From Takakia lepidozioides (Eukaryota > Plantae > Bryophyta), in the NCBI GenBank assembly GCA_030704615.1, contig CM060732.1, forward strand, positions 6,696,001 to 6,760,000: 64,000 nucleotides of DNA, given 5' to 3'. The notes beneath the pieces are model-generated. The model was not told the origin of the DNA, made no database searches, and was given only the letters and a program-made list of their open reading frames with translations. Made by a program: the position numbers and the translations under genes. Numbering within the stretch: position 1 is the stretch's first letter; every line of letters begins with the position of its first letter. Below are positions 26,079-38,116 of the stretch, piece after piece.

Positions 26079-27800
26079 GTTACGTCCCCGAGCGGGGTGT
26101 TCTCTTTCTTGAGCTGCTCCTTCGCAAAATCAGATGATTCAGCTTTGCAACACACTAGTTGCACATGAAATGAGGCGGAAGCACCCGTTCCTTGAAGATT
26201 GTGCATATTCTGATATTCCATCTAATCAATGTGGGACGGTTCCTGACAAGTCACCGTCAAATTAACGTATGTGACATGCAGTCTGTATTGTCTTCTGAGC
26301 AATGCTGACAGATAATCCATCTAGTTGTGGGGGTCTCCCCAAAACAATAAAAAACCGGCCGACTTCCTTGAAGATAGCCTGAGGATCCCATGCAGGGATG
26401 ATGGGAAGAGAATTGAAGTAATTAGTTCATTTGCCAGGCCATGACTATATCCAGTATGTCTGATCATGTGGATGGTTTCTAGATCATGCAATCCCTGGGC
26501 CTAGAACTCTCTACATATGCATATTCCGTTAAATCCTAAGTAGGCCTCATGGTAAGTACTTTGAGAATTCTCATCCATGACGTCCAACGGTGATATTAAT
26601 GAAGCCATCACAAAAAAGACACATGTCAATTTTATGTTTGCACACGCCAACAACCCAAAACAACCGCGCAAAGGAACAGCTGTCCCAATTAGGTTACGCT
26701 ATTTTCACTATAACGTACGTTCAAGTATTGGACACGCAAGAGGGAATCGAACGGTTCCAGGGACACTTCCAAAACGACGGGACCCCGAAAGAAAGCGAGT
26801 CTGTTCATCTTTCTTGTTTCTTAGAGGAAGAGCGGAAGTCAAGCTGGAGAGGGTTCCTTGTTCGGTTCGGAAGAGGAGGAAATCATTGTATTTTACATCG
26901 CTTAGAGAGAGGCTGAGATCAAGAGGAGGTTTACTATTTCATGAGCAGAAACCATGAGCCATGAGCCATGAGCCGCATGAGCCGCATGAGCGGTGAGCCG
27001 AAGTCTAAGATACGCGGATTTCATGAGCGGACTCCTCCAAATTTGGAAATGCGGCAGATTAAACAAGTATTAAAATAATAGTTTTTTATTTGACCTTGCC
27101 GTTTTTGGACGTTCCAGATCATGTAATGCGGTGAAGATATGTCGTCAGTAACAAGTCCGCTCATGGTTTTATAGATCCGCTCATGGAAATAAGTGACCGT
27201 GCAACGGGAAATCCAGTATACCACTGCAAAAGGACGTCGCATACTGGCCTGTATAGAGTATTCCGCAGTTTTACATGCCTTAACATTGGAATGAAGCTGA
27301 CCCTTTTGCCGCGATTGAACCAATGGAGTCTGCACCAATACAGTATGCAGTACTTCACAATTCTGTCTTCTTCGGGTATTCGGCGGGAAAGGTTTGCAAC
27401 TGAACTGGGAAATAAGGTGCCGCATTAGGGTTCGCACGTGCAAAATTTCGGAGCGGTTTGGTGTTGGCGAAGGCCGCCTCTACCAGTACCTACAACGATA
27501 CTTGGAAATGCGGCGCCGCATTTCCTTGTCGGAGGTCGAATGAGGAAAGCAAGTTTTCGGAAAGCAGAAAAACATGAATCCTCCAACATACAAAAATACA
27601 TGCACGTGGAAACAAAGTGAACGATATAGTAATATCTTAGTTCGAGCAAAACAGGTTACTGGTAGGCAAGACATATGTCGGACCTTTCTGTGGCCAGAGT
27701 CTGAGGTACTGGCAGCAGTACAGTTCTACTATCCGAAAAGGATGGGCGTACCATTGTATGGGGACCGCAAGCCAAGCTCACTGGTCCCCTGGATCCATAT

Positions 27801-30800
27801 TCAGAAGAGTGTGAACTCCTGGGGGCTCAACCCTGGTGCATGTATGAAGTGATGAGTTGTGGAATTACAACGGAGTCTCTTTAGGTACACGTAGTACAAA
27901 TGCTTGCAAGGGCAGTATGATGCCCCCCTTGTTCGCCATGATCTGGAAGTCGGTGCAATTGCAGGTGGGTAATTCTGAAATGTGATGGTGTACACCTCAT
28001 TGCGAACAGCTGAGCCCGCCGTGGCCATCTGATACACACGCCCGAATCCTGGTGGGGGCACTTCTGTCGAGCTCTGGATTGTACAGTTCACCGAAGTGCA
28101 TTCCCCATCCTTGTCTCGTTCACTTTTGAGGGAGGTCGCCGCCTCTTCGGTTTCCCCCCAACGGTGTGTAGGATGCTTAGAGCTGTCGTGTCCCATTGTT
28201 CTTGCTCTCACAGGGGTCGGTGGTGGAGGCTGTGGAAGCGGAAATGGTTCTCTGGGGACGTCAGTGTGCTGCACCATCCGAAATCCTGCGGCGGTAAGGC
28301 GTCGGCCTCAACCTGACTCAGATCGCAGCCTGGTTCCACCGGCCACACCGGGGAGCCTCTGGCATTGTTGTATGCCGTACTTGGGCTTTCCATACACGCA
28401 AGTCATAATGTCGTGCCTGCAGAACCAGAACTGGGTGGTTGTCGCCTCCGCAAACTTTGCATGGACAAATCTTCCTGTAAAAGTAGGAGCAGGGACAGCC
28501 CCATCTGGATTCCTCCTTATCATCTCTAAACAACGTTGCCGTGTATCCACACGAATTGCGGAACACCTTCCTCGAAACGACGGCTTTGTGCGAGCAATTC
28601 TCCACTGTGAGGCAGACACAGTCGTCTCCACAATGGCTTGGCCATACTGCATAACAGCGGGCGGAATCTGGGGCAAGGAGCGGTGGGAATTTTTGCACGA
28701 AATCCCGGTTGAAGGCGACGGCGATCTGGAATTTCTTGGGCTTCCACTGCTGGAAGACACATTGTGCGGCAACATGACGGGACCTCGAGGTGCTGTCCGA
28801 ATGTTCCTGTCGGATCTCCAGGAATCCTCTTTGCACCCGGGTTCCTCTTCAATCCTCCGCCTGACAGGGCGAGTCCGGACGTCCCCCTCTAGGTGTTCAC
28901 CTCTGCGGTGCAGAGGCGTCCCTTTGATCTTCTCTCGCAATGTTGTCGCCCATTTCACTGGATTCTTGGACCTCGAAGCTGTTCGTACCAACAATTCCTC
29001 CCTGTCCGCCCAAAGCCCCATTGTTTTGCCGCTCAGGAACTTGTAGTACGTGGCTTGCTGCATGATTGCTCTGTCGATGTCCTCCGTTGTGGCCGTCACT
29101 ACGTCCACCAGATGTGCGGCAGAATACGCTCGCCAGGAGGAGTGACCGGATACGGCATGTTTTCAATACCGTTCGCATGTCCGTGTCGGAATCCAAGCAC
29201 CGCTCCTAGAAGGACACAAACAATGGTGAGGGACCAATCGAAATGTCCGTAACAGAAAGACAAATGAACGAAATTGACAGCAGCCTACCTCCCGCATGTA
29301 CTGTCCGAACTGTCGATACCAAAAATGCCACCACCCCAACCAGCTGTGCAATGCTCCCAGATTGGTTGTCTCCACTGCACCTGACGTGTTCCACCAAGCC
29401 TCGATGATAGCAAACTTAACCTCCGCGTCATCAAATGTGGGTGCATCCTTCCACGCCGTACAAAGGACACGATGTTCAGCCTGGAATGAGCTAGCAACAA
29501 ATTTGGTAGTGTAGTGGGATAGACTCTGCATCCAATGGAATCCACAGGATCTCTCTTTCCCCTCCATTGGAACATTGGGGTCCTCACCGTACACACGCCG
29601 CACCGCTGCCCAGTTGGCCTGAGCGTTGTCTGCCATGAATCCCCTGAAATTGGGCTCTGGCAATCCCGCCCTTGCCATCTGCTCGTTTATGCCGTCCCAC
29701 AGATGCATTTCGGACTGTGTGTCCTCCCCTTTCATCTCGCAGATTGCAATCGTCATGAGCCTCTTGGAGTGATAGTCATAAACATGCGCACCCATAGTCA
29801 CCCACTGATGGTTTGTAATTCGCTTGATGTGATCAAACATCACCCAAGCATTCGACAAGTTTCCAGTTGTCATGCGAGTGACCAAGTCGACTCCACTCCC
29901 AGGCCCACACGTCGACATTTTGAAAATGTAACAACGATCGGATTCGCTACCTTGCCCTGGAAACCTGCTACCTTGGATGTAGTCATATCCAGTCATTCGT
30001 TTCACCTCCAGGATTGAGTACATGTCCGACCCCCTGCCGAACTCCTGCTTGCAAGATACGATGTGATTCCGCACATTCGGACTACAAACGTGCGAGACGG
30101 ACTCCAAGAGGTCACGCATCTCGTCTTCGGTCAAGGGCTCTCGGTCGGAACCATCTTCAGACATGATTTTGCCAAGAGCAATCTTGTGGGCTGCCTTCAG
30201 CTGAATCTGCTTTGGTCTGGCTCCGGGGCTCAATTTCACCTCCTCTTTTATGATGTCGTGTGCTTCCTGCACAGCCTCACGCATGTTGCCTCTCGCCAAG
30301 GGGTGGCAGTGGACCCCAACGTGTATGCAAGCTCTAGTCAAGTCCGGGAGCAAATGGATTACGTAATATTGCTTGGCTCTGCACATGGACATGCACGTCG
30401 GTGGTTCTTTGCAATGTGCACACTTGAAAGAACCCGCAGGAGCTTGGCTGGAGACAATGAATGGATGATGCGTTGTGCCAGTCCAATCCGTCGTTTCTCC
30501 GCCCTCCTTTGGAGAGAAAGTGGAAGCAGGTGGGATTGAGGCACCTCAGCTTCCCCGCACAGAGGACATATCGTACACGAACACCATCAGCAATTTTCGT
30601 GCTACTGGTCTTCGTCACACACCAGGGGTGTCCGTCATGCTTTCGATCCATGTCTGTTAACATCCCGGAGGCTTTGTTTGACGAAGAAACAGGTGGAAAC
30701 TCGAAGATGACATTGCCATCGACTTCGGGAGGCAGAAACGTTACCTTTCTGACTGGGAATTTGGCATAGTCGAGAGCAGCCAGCTCGGAGCGAGAACCAT

Positions 30801-31359
30801 CGAGGTGATGTTGTCATAGGAGCTGCACAATGGACCGGGTTGGAGTTATGCTCGAGGGCACATTCGTAGCACCGACAGAGACGTCCATGCCGGATTTGAA
30901 CGACCGTGTGGAGGACATGGGTACCTCGGAAATGTCGAATACGTCCACACGAGAAGCTATGGAGGGTCTTGACGGTCCAGGTCGGGAATGATTATCGTTG
31001 CATACCTCTCTGTTGGCAGTGGCCGCCTCTCGGTTTCCGGACTCCTTTGTGGATGGTGTGGGCAGCGACTGATTTGGAAAGGGAATGGGCATTCCCACAG
31101 CTCGGTACAGGATGGTGTTTGATGGGGGAACGTGCCATTCGATTCCGCAACCTCCGTCGTTACCTAGCACGACAATGGTCTCGTCAACTTGTCCAGGAAC
31201 ATCCTTCCTTTCTTCTTCCAAATAAACTGTGCCCGGTTTGAGCTTGAATTTGGAACAAAGGTAAGTTTCAGTCACTCTGCAAAGTCCTCCCTCGTTTGGG
31301 ATCCAGGCTCTCCCAAGTTGCGGAGGACAGCAAACTATAGCGTAGGAATTCGGAGCCAT
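27801..31359 (-). pseudogene. Element A transposase: GCM/WRKY-like zinc domain, MULE-type DDE core, C-terminal SWIM finger; frameshifted
   Basis: DGHPWCVTKT..CAGKLRCLNPTC, IHVGVHCHP, VMFDHIKR, GFMADNAQAN, CGFHWMQSL, CNC...CKHLYYV; split over ORFs 30814-31563, 30334-30663, 29163-30392, 28308-29108 and 27801-28277. Confidence 0.85.
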
Positions 31360-31772
31360 CGAACACCGCACGGAGTTGGCAAGTGCGAGGTTCAGTATAG
31401 CGACAGACCAAGGCTCACAGGCACCATGCGGAGTCCATCGACGATTGGAAGTCGCACATTGAAGTGGAAAGTATTGTTTCAAGCTACATGCATGAAGGTG
31501 GGAGGTTTGATTCCATAGCCAGTAAGTATGACAATGATGGCCGAATCGGCGACGAAATAACATCTCCTGACAGTTTCTCCTGAGGGTGGATCCAGCAGTA
31601 TTCTCGGTGCAGAGAGGAACGTTCGCACTGACAAGTGCCAGGACTGTTAGTTAAAACGGTCAGACAACCAAGTTGTGCTCATCAAGACTGGCCGCAATGT
31701 TGTTTCGGAACAATGCAACCCATTGAGGTTCCGATTTCCCGTCCCGAGTGATTCTTTCGATTGCTGGTGGAC

Positions 31773-33272
31773 GGAAATACGGCGCCGCATTTCCGTATTG
31801 CTTCTTGGTCATGCACCAGAGCGACGGAAATGCGGCACCGAGTTTCCGTCCGGGGGAAACCTTTATACTCTCCACAACGGAAATGCGGTAACGCATTTCC
31901 ATCCAGCAAGCACGGTATGTGAAGGTGGAACGGAAATGCGGTACCGCATTTTCGTTCTGATTGAGAATTATGAACAACGGGAACAGAAATGCGGCACCGC
32001 ATTTCCGTCCGAGTCGCACTTTTCCGACATTCCAGAACGGAAATGCGGCGCCGCATTTCCATTTTGTATCTGATGCATGGAGCTGAAGGATAGAAATGCT
32101 GCAACACATTTCCGTCCTTAAAAGACATTCATACTCTCCATAACGGAAATGCGGTACCGCATTTCCGTTCTGATTGAGAATTATGAACAATGGGAACAGA
32201 AATGCGGCACCGCATTTCTGTCGGAGTCGCACTTTCCGACATTCCAGAACGGAAATGCGGCGCCGCATTTCCATTTTGTACCTGATGCATGGAGCCGAGT
32301 GCGATTCCGACCGCTTGAGACATTCATACTATCCAGAACGGAAATGCGGTACCGCATTTCCGTTCTGACTGAAATCGTGAACCATCGGAACTGAAATGCG
32401 GCAGCGCATTTCCATCCGAGTCGCACCTCCCAACATTCCAGAACGGAAATGCGGCACCGCATTTCCGTTCTGATGAAATATCCTGAAACATCGGAACTGA
32501 AATGCGGTACCGCATTTCCGTCGGAGTCGCACCTTCCGACGTTCCAAAACGGAAATGCGGCGCCGCATTTCCGTTTTGTATGTGAGGCATGGAGCTGTGG
32601 AACGAAAATGCGGCACAGCATTTCCGCCAGCGTCAGACCTTAATACTCTACAGAACGGAAATGCGGTACCGCATTTCCGTTCTGACTGAAAATCGTGCGC
32701 AACGGGAACAGAAATGCGGCACCGCATTTCTGTCCGAGTCGCACCTTCCGACATTCTAGAACGGAAATGCAGCGCCGCATTTCCGTTTTGTATATGGGGC
32801 CTGGAGCTGTGCTACGGAAATGTGGTTGCCGCATTTCCATCCATGTGAGACCTTCAAACTTTCCAGACCGGAAATGCGGCACCGCATTTCTGTCCAGGTG
32901 AGACCTCTATACTTTCCCGAACGGAAATGTGGCACGGCATTTCCGTTCATCAACTAACGTATGTGAAGGGGGAACGGAAATGCGGTACCGCATTTCCGTT
33001 CACATTGAAAATCATGAACCACGGGAACTGAAATGTTGTGCCTCATTCCGTCCGAATCGCACCTTTCGACATTCCAGAACGGAAATGCGGCGCCGCATTT
33101 CCCTTTTGTATCTCATACATGGAGCTGTGGGACGGAAATGCGGCACCGTATTTCCGTTCAACAACTAAGGTATGTGAAGGTGGAACGGAAATGCGGTGCC
33201 GCATTTTCTTCCAACAAGTACGGATGTGTAGCTTCGTGATGGTACTTAACGGAAATGCGGCGCCGCATTCGC
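31773..33272. repeat. Array of ~28 palindromes GGAAATGCGG-YR-CCGCATTTCC at a ~53-bp period
   Basis: Starts at 31773, 31826, 31879, 31932, 31985, 32039, 32092, 32145 and so on; ~31-bp spacers of a few recurring types (about a 4-unit higher-order repeat). Confidence 0.95.
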
Positions 33273-33706
33273 ATTTTCACTCCAACTCATCAGACGCTGG
33301 GACGGAAATGCCTTGAAATGTGAACACGTGGAGCAACGGAATTGCTGCACCTGTCGGCACTCTATCTGACTGAGGGGCATGAGGCGGCGCGGCCTGACCG
33401 TTGGATAATGATGTTTGTTTTTCGGACGGTAGGCGTACCCTGAACGATTCGAATTTCGTAATGACGCAAACTCCACGATGAGACACTTTCGTCCAACCCT
33501 TTCGAACCCAAGTGGTGCATCACGCCGTTTCATCTACTTTTGTCGTGTCTCCTCAGTCACCCCTCTCGCGCCCTTTCCATCTGCACTCTTTGCCCCTTTT
33601 CCCTCTCTCTGTTCTTCTTATGCTCGAACCTGAGAGGGGGGGAGTTCGTGCACCAGACAGGAGACCTCGTCGCAAGCTCCGGAAATTATACTTCGGACGT
33701 AGGCCA

Positions 33707-36700
33707 ATGCCGAAGGGGAGGAAGCAGATGCGTCTACAGGAGGAGATTGCCATCTCCGAGCAGCAGGCCACTCGGGCAACCCAGCCACCAGTGAGAGCTC
33801 CATGCGATCGGGCTACGCGCAGCTGATCGAGCACCGAACCCCCCATTTTGCTTCTGTAATTCTTAGACTGAATGCTAGGAGACTTGAATGCAGAACATGT
33901 TTGCATGCCTAACAGGAAAGGTGGACGTGCTGGAGGGATCGCAGGAATCCGAAGAGCCGCAGGAAGAGTCCTGAGGAGCTAGCTGCAGCACGTACACCCA
34001 CCCGATCCCCGAGCGCGGGTATTCCTGCCGGGCCTAGCCCTGTGCGATTCAAAGACGCGGCTTCGAAGGGCAAGTTCAAAGCCCCAGAGATCGACTCGCG
34101 TTCTTCGGTCATGGAGAATCGCCAGCAGAGGTCGGGCCCTTCTCCAGCAAAGTCAAAGAAGAAGCAGCCCGTCCTTCTACTGGCTTCTAAACCGGCTCAG
34201 GGCGATTCACCCCCCCCCCAACGCGAATGAAGCAGCAGGGTAAAAGACAGATTCAATTGCAACAGACACCTTCACCTGCAAGGATGAGGAAGCAGAAGGC
34301 AATCAGGGCGACGGCCAAACAATCTCCCGCAAAACCGCTTCCACGAGCTGAAGCTCAGTTCCTGGAGGATTTCCCGCCTGCAGATGTTGGGGCCGTCTCT
34401 GCTGCAGCAAAGGCAATGGGATCGACGGTTTTTGTCGATTTGGTACCGGAGGAGGGTGCTGCCGCTGAACGTTCGCAGCAGACCTCACCACCGATGAGCA
34501 AGCAGGCCCGGAGGAGGCCTCTGCAATGGCAGAATTGCCCGCACACAGGCCCCAGAGTGCAGCTCCAGTTGAGGATGCTCCAGCTGCTCAGCCACTACCG
34601 GCACCTACAGACATGTCTCCGGAGGATTTCAAAAGTGCAGCGGATAAAATGTTGGAGGAGACACACAGTAGCATTGGCAGAGTTTTGGGCAGCAGGGTAT
34701 TCCAGCGGACTCTTCGAATCCCACTCTGTCGCATGGTCTCCCTTCCCATCGTCAGGCAGGCCCTTCCAAGAGATGTGGATAAGCTCAAGTTCGCATTTCG
34801 AGAAGGGTACCGTCTGGGATCGGCAGCGTTTTACGTTTCCATTGAGAATGAGGACGGCGAAACTCGTGGACCCACTGCCGATGAATTGTCAACGTGGGAT
34901 ACCCACTGGCACACTCGCAACGACGAATTCGAGGCGACGCTGAAGGGTGATCCAGACTTCGGCCATATGTCAGGTAAAATGTTCTTTGTGTGGGACGGGA
35001 ATCACCGACTTCTCGCCTGGTGGGAGTACATCAAGCAGAACCATGCCAAGCACATTGGCTGGCATTACATGGTGGAGTGTGTCATCCTGAAGGTGAAGGC
35101 GGCAGACTCCTCCCTGCTCCAGAATGCCATGGCGGACCTCAACTCGTAAGATACTCATACCCTCCCTAGCACGTTCGAAATGCGGTGCCGCATTTCGGTT
35201 TCCATTCTGGTTTGTTTCCGTGCTTCCATGTACTGAATTGGAGAGTGTGCCTTGCAGGGTCACTGAGAATGCGTACGTGCATACCCACATGGCACAAAAA
35301 CTGGTCTCACTGATCCGCAGATGTTTGCGGAAATGCTGGAGCCCGAGCTCATTCAGAAAGCCGTTGCAAAAACAGACCGGACATGGTATCGTCTCACTAT
35401 GGATGGAATGGTGGAGGTGATATACGAAGTAAGTCGTCCTCCAATTTCCCTCTGCTCATCCTTCCCCAATTTCCAGTAATCTTTCCACATGAATCGAATG
35501 TAACGCTTCTGCATGTTTTTGTTGGCAGTCAAACATCAAGCTGGATTTGGCCCATGCCAAACGCTTCTTCATGGAAAGTGAGGGGCAGGTCAAAACGTTG
35601 CAGTCATTGACTGAGCACTTGAAGGAAGCCGGTGTCAAGTCCAGAACCAAATACAAGTCAAAGCTTGTGAAGCTGGTGGCAATTGCAGATCCGGCACTTG
35701 GAAAGGACTTCATCCCGAGATTGCAAAACACTATCTCGGGCCATGCAGCCGACCATGCAATTGGAGAAACTGCATCACCTCTCAACGGCATGTGTGGAGG
35801 CGAAAGAGAAGGTGAGGTTTCAATGCACTGAAGTTCCTTCCTAGCAATAGCCACTCTCTTCCAGCTCCTGACATTGGATCGGAAATGGCAGACACGGTGG
35901 CTGTCGATCTGGAATGCATCCGAGAGCATAAGGACAATGTGGTCTTTTCCACTGGAAGTTTCCGACCCTGCAGTGGATGTGTGGCTTAACCGTATGACTT
36001 GGTGGTTCCAGGTAATTCAAGGTACTTCCCCAGATTTGCTTTTCTGAAATGAATTCCCTGAACTGCTACGTGACAAGCATTTGGGAATCGCAGGTAATGT
36101 CGAATGCGAAGGAGCAAGTCGTAATGCACACAAATTCATTCGGCTTGTACGTCAAATGGGATGGAACACAGACATTGGAAGACTACGTGACACATTTCAG
36201 ATGTGCATACAAGGACAACCTTTTCGTCAGAGAGCTACAGACAGCAAGAAGGAGCGTGGAGTTTACACATCAGGAGGGAGCGGGGGAAAGCTGCAATGCA
36301 AATTGTTTACAGGTGAAGCACAGCTACCCTTGTATGCAAAGCCTGGTTACGAGGTTTGTCTCGGAAATGCGGCACCGCATTCGCATTTTATGTTTTCGGT
36401 GGCACTCTGCGAGTAGGTTGGTCTCAACTTTTGCTCACGCATGCTGACTGCCTTGCAGGTATATGAAATACGTGCTCCTTCAGACAGGGGCCCTGGCTCA
36501 AGAGCCCCCGTTCTTCATGGCTTGGACCGTGGCGGGCCCAAGCTGTGTCTACACACCCGAGATGCAGAAACAATGGCATCCCGCGCATCTCGTTGGATGC
36601 CCGTGGTACCTGGACATGTCTGGCGGTATTGTTGACGAGTCTGAGAAAGATCTGCACGCCTTGGCAGAAGAGAAGAGAAAGGAAAGACGTGTCCCTGCTG

Positions 36701-37084
36701 GGCCAAAGTCGGCAAAGGAATCTGCTGCTCTGGAAGAATCCAGAAAGGCAGCTGAGATGCACAAAAGACGGTGGATGCAGCTGTGCAGGCCCAACAGAAG
36801 GGGTCGAAGAAGAGGACTCGCCAGCAAGGAGCAGCTGTTGTGACACCCGCCAAAACGAAGAAGCAGAAACAGCCTGTTCAGGAAGAGGGTGAGGAAGAGG
36901 ACTCCGATGGAGACTTTGCAACCAGCCCACCCCCCCAAACGCAGGCTGCCTCCCCTGTGCCCACCGTTGTCACGAGAGGCACGAGAACTGGCTCGGCAAA
37001 GAAGGCACTCTTCAACCCCCCAGGGGGGCACCCTTTCGAGCCCGTGGAAATGAAGAGGCCGAAAGTGGCTCCCGAAATAGTAGT
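33707..37084 (+). pseudogene. Cargo gene, 5' part: low-complexity N-terminus + ParB/Srx-like domain + middle exons (interrupted by Ty3 at 37085)
   Basis: IPLCRMVSLPIVRQALPRDVDKLKFAFREG...FFVWDGNHRLLAW..VECVIL (DGNHR at 34994-35008); GT-AG introns, e.g. about 35146-35257 and 35429-35528; start codon uncertain. Confidence 0.7.
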
Positions 37085-38048
37085 TGTCGCGCGGCTTTTA
37101 CTCACCCATCCCTTCGCTATTCGAGGCGGAAACTCCAAGATAGAAGAGTTGGAAATCTCTAAGTACTCAGCCCGCGCAGAACAATCAGTCATGACCTACA
37201 GCTAGTGTATCATGGGGGTGGTTCCTATTTGTTTCCCTTTTGGTATTCATGTTAGCTATCTTACCCTTGATAATTAAGTATCAGTTTGCTTTATCAATCT
37301 ATTGGATTCCATCAACTCATCCATTCATTTCACAGCTTCACTCAGATCTCTCTACACAGTGTGATTGTATCGTAAAAGTATCCGATTATGATTTATCAGG
37401 TATCAGGCCGAAGCCATTGTGTCTCCAATCTACTCTACAATATCATTACAGCCTTGCATATATCAAGCATCTACTCATCATCTCTCTATCTTCACTTCCG
37501 TTCTTCATCTTTGCCCGATCCCCTCTCCTCCATGACCAGAAGTCCTCCTCCGAATGATATCCCTCGATTCCCCGTTTTCCCCTTTATCTTCCTATCCGTG
37601 GTTCTAACCGTTTCCCTCACTAACGTCGTCTGTGAACTAACATGTTCCCTTCGCAGGTGTTGTTCCCCACAGTCGTTCCCTGTCCTACTCTTCGTTCCCT
37701 ATGATCGTGACAGCTGTGTCAAGCTGTGACCGGCTGTGTGAAACTGTGACGGGCTGTGACTGGCTGTGCGACTGTGTTTGGTTGTGTCGGGCTGTGCCGG
37801 GCTGTGTTGGCTGTGCCGGGTGTGTCTGCTGTGACGACTGTGACGGGCTGTGTTGGCTGTGTCGGCTGTGTCTGCTGTGACGACTGTGTCGGGCTGTGTT
37901 GGCTGTGTCGACTATGACAACTGTGTAACCCCCCTCTACAGTGCGCTGTTGTCACCCCTAAGGCTCCTGTTGGTCTCAGTCTGTGCAAAAATTAAGGGTA
38001 CCCTACAGATCCCGTATAAGTGTCTAAGTCCCCGACAGTCCTCTAACA
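37085..38048 (-). repeat. 3' LTR (964 bp)
   Basis: TGTCGCGCGG...CTCTAACA, near-identical to 48645-49647 and 49669-50634. Confidence 0.95.
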
Positions 38049-38066
38049 TTACCCCTTCCCCCCTCA
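38049..38066 (-). promoter_or_regulatory. Polypurine tract
   Basis: Reverse complement GAGGGGGGAAGGGGTAA immediately precedes the LTR start TGTTAGAG. Confidence 0.9.
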
Positions 38067-38116
38067 AAAGCCGTGTCCTCACGGTTTACTGATTTCGACT
38101 AGCAAACCTTTGTGAG

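Noticed and set aside
31773-33272. CRISPR array (palindromic repeat + ~31-bp spacers)
   Set aside because: Spacers recur as a few related types in a higher-order repeat, repeats are degenerate and also dispersed in introns, there are no cas genes, and the context is a eukaryotic TE
31660-33316. Many overlapping ORFs with MRCRISV / KCGAAF / GNAAPHF motifs (also 53290-54100 and 58800-59620)
   Set aside because: These are translations of the stop-free palindromic DNA repeat in all six frames
37240-37557. Hydrophobic ORF MVFMLAILPL repeated five times
   Set aside because: It lies in the LTR, begins at a TTG, and recurs only because the LTR is repeated
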